A stretch of 63,176 nucleotides of DNA, filler included, from Olpidium bornovanus S191 (Eukaryota; Fungi; Olpidiomycota), in the NCBI GenBank assembly GCA_017911155.1. It is 29 parts of 29 records of this genome, joined end to end, with 100 filler letters (N's around TTAATTAATTAA, not from the genome) between each part and the next. Parts side by side here need not be neighbours in the genome. Positions count along the whole stretch, not along the records: positions 33,803 to 38,900 come from JAEFCI010002554.1; positions 39,001 to 40,117 come from JAEFCI010006679.1; positions 40,218 to 41,238 come from JAEFCI010010355.1; positions 41,339 to 43,078 come from JAEFCI010013050.1; positions 43,179 to 44,187 come from JAEFCI010003974.1; positions 44,288 to 46,175 come from JAEFCI010003153.1; positions 46,276 to 47,595 come from JAEFCI010006677.1; positions 47,696 to 49,112 come from JAEFCI010003063.1; 21 more parts are not named here. One strand, written 5' to 3'. Under the pieces are notes generated by a model. The model was not told the DNA's origin. It was given only the letters and a program-made list of their open reading frames with translations, and ran no database searches. Position numbers and translations under genes: made by a program. Shown here one piece after another: positions 38,301 through 49,496 of the stretch (its first letter is position 1; every line of letters begins with the position of its first letter).

Positions 38301-38450
38301 TCCGGCGGCGCTCCCGGACGGCACAGGCCCGTCCGCCGACGGCCAGACGGAGTGGAACGGGGCCTGGGAAAGGAGGGCGGCGGCGGCGGCCGTCGTGTTT
38401 CTACAGAAGTCGCAGGCATCCAGCACGAGGTGCGCCGAGGCCATGCCCGC
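35400..38450 (-). CDS. Bromodomain protein (possibly BRD8-like), multi-exon, long low-complexity middle
   Basis: VWNAIASRPEAAPFLLPLKK...YFRCVRRPMCLKDVKRKL | ISTVSEFRRDVLLVCANAIMFD; the 5' exons and extent are tentative. Confidence 0.72.
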
Positions 38451-38858
38451 CACCCGTAGGCGCCGAGAAAGGGTTCGGCCGGCGGGGAAACAATCGGGGG
38501 AGACAAAAAGGGCGCGGGGGCCGGGCGGCGGTTTCCGCTTCCCCTCGCTCCGTTCGCTCTTCCGGCTCGCGCTGCTTGCTGCTGCTGCTGCTGCGCGCAG
38601 GGCGAGGAGAGCGCAGGCGACCGGGAGGGGAAGATCGGTGCGGGCGGGCGCGGCCAGTAATAAGCTCGCGCGGGCGCGGAAGCACGTGACACTGCGCGCG
38701 CACGTGGGGGCCCGGTGTTGTGCTTTCTTTCCCCGCGCGCGGTTCGGTCACGTGATTGCGGTCGGGAAAATGAAAGAAAACAGTTTCCAGGGTCCCGGAT
38801 CACCCCCCCCCTTCCCCCCCCCCCCCCCCCCCCCCGGCCCCCCCCCCCCCCCCGCGCC

Positions 38859-38893
<35 letters not shown>

Positions 38894-40502
38894 CCCGCGG
38901 NNNNNNNNNNNNNNNNNNNNNNNNNNNNNNNNNNNNNNNNNNNNTTAATTAATTAANNNNNNNNNNNNNNNNNNNNNNNNNNNNNNNNNNNNNNNNNNNN
39001 GAACATTGATGATGACGGACTCTGTAGCGGAGTAGCGGGTCATCAACAAATGATTAGCATAGCAATGATCCCATCGATCACGCGTCTTGTAACACTTGTA
39101 GACTAGGATTTGTATTGGGGGTCAGCGTTCAAGACGATCGTAACTATGGTGTAAACGTTGAAGTAAAGAGCGAGAGAAGCGAAAAGCGGTGAATTGCTTT
39201 TATCGATGAGAACAAGTGTGCGGATTGGATAGTCATGATCCAGAACGGGTTCGTGAAGAGGGTCCGGGCGGAGGCCGCCAGCGGGATCGAGGAGTGGTGC
39301 AACGTCGCGCTGGCGACGTAGGGTGGGGGGGGGGGTAAAAATAATAAAAGAAAAACAGGAAAGAGAAAGGTTTCTTTCTCGCGCAAATTATTTATTCCAT
39401 CCCCCGAGCGCAATCGCATTATTTATGTTGAACCATGGGCAATCGCATATTCTGCGTCCTTTTTTTGTTTTTTTGTTTTCAAAAGCTGTTTTGTGTCGTG
39501 TTCGCAGGATTCTTCTTTTTTTGTTTCTCGTGAAATTGTTCCTCTGGTCTCCGCTTGGCCTCCGTTCTCTCTTTTTATTTTTTTTTATTTGCAATTTTCT
39601 TTTTGTTTCGTAATCTTGGGTTTCTTCCGAGTGATTTCCGTGAAATTGAAGTCGCGAGCCGTCGCCCGCGCCGCAGATTCCGTGGTTCTCATTTTTACGT
39701 GACGACGGCTTTCCCATCCCCCCCCCTTTCCCCCCTTCCCACACTGCACGGCAGGCGGTGCTGCTCTTGTACTGTGCGTGACGTTCCAGCTTTGAGCTCC
39801 GGTGGCTCTTGTCAACCGGCTTCCGCGCACCCCTTCATTTTTTGCTGCCATTTTCCTGTCTGCCGAGTTCCTCGCTCTGTGGCAGCTGTAAACTCCTTTA
39901 CAGCTGCGCATGTATCGAAAATGACCCCGTGGGCAGAGGGGTTAGAGGTTAGCGCGCCTAGCCTCAAAGAGTTAAAAGAGGTTACGAGTCGCTGGTCTCA
40001 AAAAAAATATGAAAATTACGTTATGGCTCTGCCTTGCACCGCAAAGCCGACGGCCACATGACGCCAGGAATAACGCCTTTTTCAGGCACACTCAACCACG
40101 CTTGCCAAAGGCACCTCNNNNNNNNNNNNNNNNNNNNNNNNNNNNNNNNNNNNNNNNNNNNTTAATTAATTAANNNNNNNNNNNNNNNNNNNNNNNNNNN
40201 NNNNNNNNNNNNNNNNNCATGCCTGTTCCGGTGAGTCCAGCCCAGCGCGCCTCGTTCGACTTATGGTTCAAAAACCGTTATGCGCGCCACAACGCCGCTC
40301 TCAGAGGGCCGGTCAGCAAAGCTGCCGAGGGCGCCACCCCTGGGATAAGTGTTAAGCACAATTCTTTCACTTTATCAGTCTGTAGTCTTTTCGACGGGTT
40401 TACCAACATCCAGTGTTATTTGTAACTAGCATTTACGCGTTTATTTTTTTTTTCTCCGGTTTTGATATATTTCGTGTTCTTATCGCAATGCAAGACTCAA
40501 CA

Positions 40503-41092
40503 GGTTATGAGGCCAACCCAAACCTGATGAGGCGAGCCGGCACACCGACGACGCAGCCTCGTCGAGCCATCGGCGACAAACCCCGCCCGGGCGCCCCGAC
40601 ACGCAGCCCCGTCGAGCCTCCTGCTACACACTCCGCCGGGCGCACCTTAGGCAACGCCTCGTCGTGCAAAGCGATCGGGCCTCCGGCGAACACACTCCGC
40701 CGGGCGCACCTTTTGGCAACGCCTCGCAGAGCGAGCGAGCCTTCGGCGACCCCCTCCGCCGATCATCCTCCATTCACACAGCCTTCGGCCCTCTCCAAAC
40801 GCACCCAATCGACAGCACACCTCGGTTTCGACGCTCTCCGAACACTCGCGCGCACCTCTGCTTTCGACGCATCCCTTCGAGGAGGAGACGTGACCGTTAT
40901 GCGAAGCACGCCTGCGTGGAAAAGGCGACACGCGTTCTGCATCATCCGAGCTCGACACCTTACGTAACCCTAATGGAACTCCTTACAGCGACACGTCACA
41001 TGACACCCAGAGCAGTGAATATCGCAGCCGAGCGGCGCAAGCTTTTGAAGCGCTGCAAACATAATAAGATCTGCCATCCATTAAGTCTGTGA
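40503..41092 (+). mobile_element. Degenerate LTR retroelement 5' internal region: LTR end ...CAACA (40502), half-tRNA(iMet)-type PBS, gag-like remnant with a 64-bp duplication (40626, 40690)
   Basis: CAACA|GGTTATGAGGCCAACCC, nearly identical to TTAACA|GGTTATGAGCCCAACCC at 59402 on the - strand. Confidence 0.55.
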
Positions 41093-41403
41093 CTGGGTAG
41101 CAGATAATCAAATCGTCATCCAATCCACGCCGTCGTTGCATAACCTGACTGATGGATTTACTATAAGGCTGCCGTATCCCGCGTTTGTCTTTTCCATGAT
41201 TATCTCGGCCCCTAGCCGACACCTCCGAGCTCGGCGGGNNNNNNNNNNNNNNNNNNNNNNNNNNNNNNNNNNNNNNNNNNNNTTAATTAATTAANNNNNN
41301 NNNNNNNNNNNNNNNNNNNNNNNNNNNNNNNNNNNNNNCTCCCCTCCCCACATCTCGCCTCCTTTCGGCCCCCAATTCGACTGGACCCCCGCCCGCAGAA
41401 ACC

Positions 41404-43007
41404 ATGAGGGAGATAGTCTCCGTCCAGACCGGTGAGGAACGAGAGCGGGCCCCCCGAAACACCGTTCTGGAGGGAGCGTGGCCGCGGAGTGCGCGGGATC
41501 CTCGGCGCGCGAAACGAGGGGATGAGCCGTCAGAGGCGGCGGACCTTGACGTCACCGTTGTTTTCGTTTTTGCTTTTGTTTTTGTTTTTTTTTTTTTTTT
41601 TTTCCTTGGTTCACCGTGTTTCCTGGCGCGGTATGCGCACGGTTTGCTTCCCCGGTTTCCTGACTTCGTCGACGCGCGCCCGGAACGTCCGGGTGGCGGG
41701 CCCGGCGAACCCGTCGACGTTTTCCTTGACTACTCTCCGGCGCTCTACCACCCTTCCCCATTTGTCATGATTTTGCCGACGCGTCGCTCATTTTACTAGG
41801 GCAATGGTACGTAAGCGTGTCCTACCGTTTTTACCTCGGGGGCCGTAGCTGCTTTCGCGAACGAATGCTGACGGTACTTACTGCTGTCTATGGACTTTGC
41901 CTTACAGCGGGAACCAGATCACCGGCGCATTCTGGGAAACCCTTGCAGAAGAGCATGGGTTTGATGCGAGCGGCCACTATGTCGGCGACAACGATCTCCA
42001 GCTCGCCCGCAGCAACGTATACTTTAGCGAAGGGCAGGGAGAGAAATACGTACCTCGTGCAGTGCTAGTGGACCTGGAGCCTGGTTCGTGTCCAACCGCG
42101 AGGTCCCATGACCGTTCGCCTCGTCCGCCAACGACTGCGCGGATGACGCGTCCCGCTGACTTCGCGAAAAAAACGTGCTTGCCAGGAACGATGGACGCGA
42201 TTAAATCTCGTCCGTTTGGTCACCTTTTCCGCCCCGACAATTTCGTCTTCGGCCAGAATGGTGCCGGCAACAATTGGGCGAAAGGATTTTACACCGAAGG
42301 CGCCGAACTTGCCGACGCCGTGCTTGACGTCGTCCGTAAGGAAACGGAGCAATGCGACTGCCTCCAAGGTTTCCAGCTTGTCCACTCCCTCGGCGGTGGG
42401 ACCGGTTCGGGTCTGGGCACGCTGCTGCTGTCCAAAATTCGAGAAGAGTTCCCAGACAGGATGATGGCGACCTTTTCCGTCATGCCATCCTCGAAGGTAC
42501 ATGCCTGTTGTAATTGAGGAAAGGCACGTTGAAGGTTTGGACACTTTTCACTGAATTTTTTTTTTGGATCTTCGGGTTCAAAATAGGTGTCGGACACCGT
42601 TGTCGAGCCATACAACTGCACCCTATCCTTCCACCAGCTCTCGGAGAACTCGGATGTGTCTATTTGCCTGGACAACGAGGCGCTCTACGACGTCTGCCAA
42701 CGAACGCTAAAGATTTCGTGCCCAAATTTCGGCGACCTGAATCACCTGGTGTCCTTGGTCATGTCCGGCATCACGACCTGCTTCCGGTTTCCCGGCCAGT
42801 TGAATGCCGACCTCCGCAAGCTGGCTGTGAACCTGGTCCCTTTCCCGCGATTGCATTTCTTCTCAGTCGGCTACGCACCCTTGACCGCCCGCGCCTCGGA
42901 AAGCTACCGCGCTGTCAGTGTTTCCGAGCTGGTTTCCCAAATCTTCAGCCCAGAAAACATGATGGTTGCTGCCGACCCCAGGCACGGGAGATATCTTGCC
43001 TGCACTG
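41404..43007 (+). CDS. Divergent beta-tubulin, 3' truncated; exons 41404-41431, 41800-41806, 41908-42083, 42186-42496, 42587-43007
   Basis: [87 protein letters not shown]; all introns GT-AG and in frame. Confidence 0.97.
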
Positions 43008-43179
43008 GTGTGTATTCTTGTAATTTTTTTGTCCTCGTGTGCCAAAGATCTATCCGGACTTTGTATGACGGGGACGGANNNNNNNNNNNNNNNNNNNNNN
43101 NNNNNNNNNNNNNNNNNNNNNNTTAATTAATTAANNNNNNNNNNNNNNNNNNNNNNNNNNNNNNNNNNNNNNNNNNNNC

Positions 43180-43299
43180 GACCTGGACGGCGCGGTGGGG
43201 ATCCCGCTCACTACCGCCCTCGTCCTGCGCAACCTCGCCCGGTCGAAGAAGTGCCAGGCCCTGTTCGTCCCGTACGAGAGCGAGCTGACGTCGCTCATG
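43180..43299 (+). CDS. RSC9: Rsc9/ARID2-like chromatin-remodelling subunit, C-terminal fragment ending at a CATG junction
   Basis: DLDGAVGIPLTTALVLRNLARSKKCQALFVPYESELTSLM. Confidence 0.65.
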
Positions 43300-43550
43300 C
43301 GAACGAGATCCAGCACCTCTGCGAAGTGGACAAGCTCGCCGCGCTGCCGAAGCTACACACGCTCACGCTGCACGGCAACCCAATGGAGAATGTGCGCGGG
43401 TACCGCCTGTATGTGGTATACAGGCTGCCCAACCTGCGCCATCTCGACTTCTGCGCCGTGACCAAGGCAGAACGGGCCACTGCCCGCCGGCAGGGTCCGT
43501 TCATTACTGCAAAGCCCAGTAGGACGCTCGCGCCCAAAGAGCGCCCGTGA
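43296..43550 (+). CDS. LRRC51: LRRC51-like leucine-rich-repeat ciliary protein, C-terminal fragment starting at a CATG junction
   Basis: HANEIQHLCEVDKLAALPKLHTLTLHGNPMENVRGYRLYVVYRLPNLRHLDFCAVTKAER. Confidence 0.78.
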   Translation, partial: HANEIQHLCEVDKLAALPKLHTLTLHGNPMENVRGYRLYVVYRLPNLRHLDFCAVTKAERATARRQGPFITAKPSRTLAPKERP

Positions 43551-44739
43551 TCCAGGGAAGAGACGCCACGCATTGTACAAACCCGCCGTTGCTGCATATA
43601 CCACATTTATTACGATCTTTTGTGCAACCGAAGCTTCAACTCAAACCGAGTTGAAAGCACCTCCGCAAATTGAGCAGAACTCGGCCCTAAATGCACTCAG
43701 TGCCCCGGCGTACGTAACGGCTGCCAGCAATGCGCGGCAGGCTTTGATCGCCTCCCGAAAAGGCTTGGCCGTGTGTTGTACATAAGGTTTGAATTTGACT
43801 TCCAGATCATTTGGCGGGGCGAGGCCCGGGGAAAATTTTTGTCAGACTAATCGCCTCCAAACTATGGACACCGACTCAGAGTGACTGACGGCAAAAGGAG
43901 CCGCCTGTTTACATGGTTTCGGTTATGCGAAGTGTCCTGAATGGTCAAACCACGTGCGCGCACAGAATTCTTGGCTAAACGTCACCGTTTTTCTGTGCCT
44001 TTACCTCTCGTTACTCTTCCGCGCCGTAGCGGACTTTTCCACCCCAGGTCGGTTGAGACCGTATGTGTCGGTACGCTCATTATGCAGGAAACGAAACCCT
44101 GGTTGTGCAACACTATTTTCTGTCTGACGAGGATCCAACCCTGGCGACACCGTGCTTCGCCTCGGCTTAGGCTCGTACATCCCTCCCNNNNNNNNNNNNN
44201 NNNNNNNNNNNNNNNNNNNNNNNNNNNNNNNTTAATTAATTAANNNNNNNNNNNNNNNNNNNNNNNNNNNNNNNNNNNNNNNNNNNNAGAGACGACGCGT
44301 GTTGCTGCGGAGGAAGGGAGCCGGACTGTGCCGGGACCTGTCGGATCCAGGACGCGAAATGGCAACGAGGTAAGAAAGGAGATCTAAATTTGTATCGCCG
44401 TTGCCCACCGCGCGTTTTGCAAAAGTAAACCGAAAAGCTCTGACTGGTCGTTTGGGTTCCGCGCCGCCTTCGGTGTACGTCCGCCTGTGATCGCTGAAGG
44501 CACAAGAGGTTTAATCAGCACAAATAGGGATCTGTGCCACGAAACGGGAAAGATTTGTCGAAGAAGCGGCCATCTACCGGCGGATACCATCGTCAATTTG
44601 AAACCCTTGCGTGGAACAAACATCCCGAGGCGCGAACTGCTCGCCACGAAGTCGGCATCCGCGCTAATTCGCCCAGCTTAGTGGAGGAATGACAAAAGCT
44701 GCTTGGCCTTGGCGAGGGAGTACAACGGAAGGAGATCCA

Positions 44740-45870
44740 TCAATTCACAGCAACTGTGGCTACTTGGCAATGTCGGCATTTAATCACTTCAGAGGGATCT
44801 CCAGGTTTGATCCAGGCTGGGTGATCCTTCGGCGAATGCGCGCCCATGCATTCCTTTTGAGCTTCGGGTTCGGCCACCTGCAGGCGGTCGTAGCGGCTTC
44901 TGTCGTTGTCATTGCGGCTTTGTTTCGGTACAGACAAAATGCAATAGTTACGGAGCAGCAGCGACAATTGAGAGCAGCAACGACAATTGAGCGTGAGCTG
45001 GGACAGGCGTCGGAGAAAGTAAGAGGGGAATGGTAAATGCCAAGCCTCGTTTAGCGAGCTCGACAGCCACGTGCTCGCCGGCCCTGCCGACCCGGATGGT
45101 CGCGCACTCTCGTTCTTCGTGGCCATCGGACGCGCGCTTCGCGTAGTTGATGACGACGGGCACCCTTTTCCCAATAAGTTTCTTCCTGAAAAACTCCCCG
45201 GCCGCGTCATTATAGAACAATCTTTGTCTTAGAAAAACAAAACCGACAGGCGACATGTACATCGAGCGGACCCCCGGAGAAAGCTGACACTCGGACCGCC
45301 TGCGCTTCACCCACTTCGGCTGCTTGACGCTCGACAATTGCACCCTTCCTTTATTAATTGCTCTATTAATCCCGGAGAATGATGAAGTCGCCGCTGATTA
45401 TCCGGCTAACCGTCGCCTCGAAAGAATATCCTTGAAACCCCGAATCCCGCTTTAGGGGCATAATCCTTCCAGTGCCTGAGGTGCTGTTTTTTTTTGCGCG
45501 CTTCTCGGCCGCCCGTAACGCGGCCGCCCCTCCGGTGAGCAGCGGGCAGAACTACTCCTGAAAGGGCGCAAGGCCAACGGCCAGAAAACGCTCAGCATTG
45601 CCCTTCGGGTGGATGAGGCTGCCCACAAGGCTGGAAGCGCCGGACGCTTCCTCGAGACAATCTTCACGTCCTTTGCAAAAGGCGTTTTACGACGTACTTT
45701 GCCTACCCAGAACACCGACATCCCCCAGTGTGAGCACACGGACAAGCTGACGTGCGCGCCTGCGACTCGCGGCGCACGCGCCTCTTTAGGAAACGGTGCC
45801 ACCAGGTCCGGCTCTTTGGGGACGCCCGTTCGAATTGCCGGGCACTTGACTCCCGTCAGCAGCAAGTTGA
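44740..45870 (-). CDS. SND1: Tudor-SN (staphylococcal nuclease domain protein), internal exons, with apparent small indels
   Basis: LLTGVKCPAIR, LVGSLIHPKGN, QLSSVKQPK, EFFRKKLIGKRVPVVINYAK...EERECATI, VELAKRGLA, DNDRSRYDRLQVAE...GAHSPK. Confidence 0.85.
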
Positions 45871-46275
45871 CGTGCTGCCGTTATTTCCACCCTCCAGGGA
45901 CAACGCAAAGCGGAACGAAGATCCTTCGCGAACGTCCGACCACCGCTGGAACACGGCAACTGTCAGGGCGTCCCAAGACGCGCGGACTCAAGGAGGAACG
46001 GGCGGGGGATGATCGTGGAAAATACCGGACAGGCAAGTATTTTTCCACCAACTCGCGCGGCTCTCTCCGCAGCTGATAGCGAGTTTCGACGTTCGGCGGC
46101 CGGCGCAAAACCGCTGAAGGGTTAGCCCAAGAATCGCGCAGTTTTGTAAGACCCGCCGGAACAAAACGGAGGCGCNNNNNNNNNNNNNNNNNNNNNNNNN
46201 NNNNNNNNNNNNNNNNNNNTTAATTAATTAANNNNNNNNNNNNNNNNNNNNNNNNNNNNNNNNNNNNNNNNNNNN

Positions 46276-46412
46276 AGCTAGGAACTGTCATCGTCCGTCC
46301 AGTTAGGACCAGCCAGAATGTCGCGGACGTATTCACAAAGGGATTGGAAAAACCAAGGTTTTCTGAGTGTATTTCTTCTCTCAGCCTTTCTCCTCTCCCG
46401 GCTCACATATGA
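46276..46412 (+). mobile_element. Ty1/copia RNase H C-terminus
   Basis: LGTVIVRPVRTSQNVADVFTKGLEKPRFSECISSLSL (ADxxTK motif). Confidence 0.88.
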
Positions 46413-46483
46413 GCAGATTTTTGTGATCCATTTTTTGTTTGTTTCCGTTACACGTCCTTCCTTTTCTTTGCCGGATGTATAAC

Positions 46484-46612
46484 GAGGAGGAGTGTTGAAC
46501 CCGGAGAATCCGGAGGCCTCCTCCGAACCCCTGAATGTTCTCTGTGCTATAACGCGTAAATCTCCCAATAAACTGCCTTCTCTCACGGAGGCGAAAACCA
46601 CAAAAACCAACA
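46484..46612 (+). mobile_element. Copia polypurine tract (46484-46492) plus 120-bp 3' LTR (46493-46612)
   Basis: GAGGAGGAG|TGTTG ... CAACA inverted termini, with internal TATAA and AATAAA. Confidence 0.75.
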
Positions 46613-47595
46613 GTAAAACGACGATAGTGCAAAACAGGCGCGGCGGAGAAGGACGGCTCCAAAACAAGAGGAATCAAAGCAGACGACGCCGTTAGTTTAT
46701 CATCGGCAGAGGTCTTGTTCATCAAAGAAGCAATCGCAATCGGCCCACGAGTCGGATCAAAAGCGATCGGCTTGGTGCCAGCGGAGGAAGGAAGCAAATT
46801 AAGTTCCTCCAAAGATTTGGGATTGCAAAAAAAACGTGATCTATGGACGAACGAGTTGGCCAGCGCTGACCGCAGCGTCAGGCGGCCGGGGGGCGCGGCA
46901 GGGGTTGGGCGGCGGGGGCGGCGGGGGCAGCGGAGAGCGGGGGACGAAGCTCCGGGTGCAATCAAAAGCAGCGGGCTTCAATGTGCCCGAACTGCTGGCA
47001 GTGCGTGCACTTCGGCCGATTAGGGACGGCGGCCGGTGCGGGGGCACGGGGTGCGGCGGGGCGAGCGACGCCAGGCGGGGGCGGTTTGTTTCCGCCGGCG
47101 AGTCGACGGGAACGCGGCGACGGGTGCCACATGCGGCACTTCTCGTCGATGCAGGTGTCACCGGCCGAGCAGTGGGGAACGTTACTGCTCGTGCGGGCCG
47201 AAGGGGCCAAGCGCTTCCATCCTCGTCGGCTTGACGACGAAGCGGCGGTGGGGGTGACGACGACGTGCGCATGCGGGCGCGGTCGAGCGGGCTGCGCGGC
47301 GACAGAAGCGAAGGACGGCGCAACCGACGAAGACAGCGAAACGGGGGCGAACTGCCGTTGAACGTCGACAGATTGGCGAAGCATTCGCTTGCAGAACTTA
47401 CCCCACCGTTTCGAACGGTCGTCACGCAGGTGGGCAAAACGTTCTTGAAGTCCGCGCAGGAATGCAGGCATCAGGTAATCGCGTGCCCACAAGTCGATCA
47501 CTTTTTGATGGCGGCGGTGACGATCGGGTCGGAGGTTGCTCTCCGCAGCATATTCGATGCATAGCGCGTTTGCTTTCGCAAGGTACGCGGCCATG
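46613..47595 (-). mobile_element. Retroelement gag with CCCH-like and CCHC zinc fingers, followed by a degenerate pol start, interrupted by the Copia LTR
   Basis: YLMPAFLRGL; CSAGDTCIDEKCRMWH; KCTHCQQFGHIEARCF*LHPELRP. Confidence 0.75.
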
Positions 47596-47740
47596 NNNNN
47601 NNNNNNNNNNNNNNNNNNNNNNNNNNNNNNNNNNNNNNNTTAATTAATTAANNNNNNNNNNNNNNNNNNNNNNNNNNNNNNNNNNNNNNNNNNNNGCGGG
47701 CCCCCCCACACCCCCCCCCCCCCCCCCCCCCCGCCGGCCG

Positions 47741-47819
<79 letters not shown>

Positions 47820-48779
47820 ACGCGTCCGACCTGGCCAAAAACCCCCACCGCCCCGAAACCAAATTCCAGCACCGGTCGCCTTCTCCTCCAGACCACCCAG
47901 GTCCGCGAATTACAGCCGCCGCCCGTTGCATCCGCCGCTCCCTCCTTCCCTACCCCTTCCTTCCCGGCTACCGCCATCCCCCGATCAAGCGGCGGCCGCC
48001 CCATGCCGGGGTAATTCTCTGCGCCCTTTGCTGCCAGATCTCGAACGAACGATCTGCGAGAGCAAAGGGCGCCCATGGTACGTGGACTCGGTTTTCACCC
48101 CAACCCCAAAACCCACCGGTTTCTCTCTCACTGGTCGACGGCCTTCGGGTCTCCCAGGGCGTTTCAGTGGGGCACAGTGGTTAGCCCGGGCCGCCTCCCG
48201 CGGGTCAGGGGCGGGTTGTGGTTTAGTACGGCGAGCTGCCACTCTCTGCTGATGAGGGAGGATGGCATCTGAAGTCCTCCCCCACCTCCATCGGTGGGGC
48301 GCGGCTGAAGTTTGCCTCTTCCGGCAAACCGTGCGATACCGCTTTCATCCCACCCAAACCCTGGGATATTGTAGGCCGCACGGCACAGGATCCCATTGGA
48401 GAACATTGCGCGTCCCGTGGAGTAGCCGCCGGTTGGCCGGTGTTTGGCCGAGCGGCAACAGATTCTAGGGGCTATGTATCGGACAACCATAACTGAACCC
48501 GCCTTTTTCCGTCCCCGTCTTGTCGGCCCCAAGCCCCTCGTTCAGGGCCGTGCTTCACACTTTCCCTTCGCGAATGCAACAATGTTGTCGTCCGCGAAGG
48601 CGAGGGATAATGACCTAGTTTTTGCCACCCTGTCCAACGGCGGCTCCACAATCCCCACATGCGGCTGCTCGCTCGGGAGGCTCAAGCCGATATTTCCGCA
48701 TACGAGCTCGAAACGCGACGCCCAGACGGAGCGGACCTGAAATAAGAGGACAGCGATTGTGTGTGAGTGTGTGTGATTA

Positions 48780-48821
48780 TGCGTGTTTGCGTGTGTGTGT
48801 GTGTGTGCGCCCGAGAGGGTG

Positions 48822-48900
<79 letters not shown>
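48780..48900. repeat. (GT)n microsatellite
   Basis: Long GT dinucleotide run. Confidence 0.95.
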
Positions 48901-48902
<2 letters not shown>

Positions 48903-49040
48903 CCGCGCGCGCGTGAATTGTCGGGCTACGTCGCCTGGAAGGGCTTTAACCCGCGGCGACAACCACGGCGGGATCCCCGCCCTCCGTCGCTCACTCACCC
49001 GGCGCCCTCCCCTCCGCTCCTTCCCTCCACCGCGCCGCCT

Positions 49041-49088
<48 letters not shown>

Positions 49089-49496
49089 ACCCCCCCCCCC
49101 CCCCCCCGCCCCNNNNNNNNNNNNNNNNNNNNNNNNNNNNNNNNNNNNNNNNNNNNTTAATTAATTAANNNNNNNNNNNNNNNNNNNNNNNNNNNNNNNN
49201 NNNNNNNNNNNNAACACCCCTGGAACTGGGGGCGATGGAGGCACTCACCGCAAAACCTTCAAACGGGACAGAAGCAAACAGCATTGGACAGTACGCGGAA
49301 GCCATAGGATCGTTGATGTGGCTGACAACCATGCAAAAACCAAATATGGATGAAAGAGGGGGGAGGAAGGAAAGTGAAGGGGACGGCTAATCGACCAGCC
49401 GGTCGGCAGAGTGCAGACGCCCGGAGGCCGGATGTAACTGCTTTCTTCGACCCTCTCCGGAGTGCTGCACGGACCGGGCGGGGCGGTTCCGGCTGG

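Noticed and set aside
47696-47820. Long G/C homopolymer tracts (also 1940-2053, 22420-22480, 33640-33702, 38810-38900, 49040-49112) as G-quadruplex elements
   Set aside because: Concentrated at contig ends where base-calling degrades; true length and sequence cannot be trusted.
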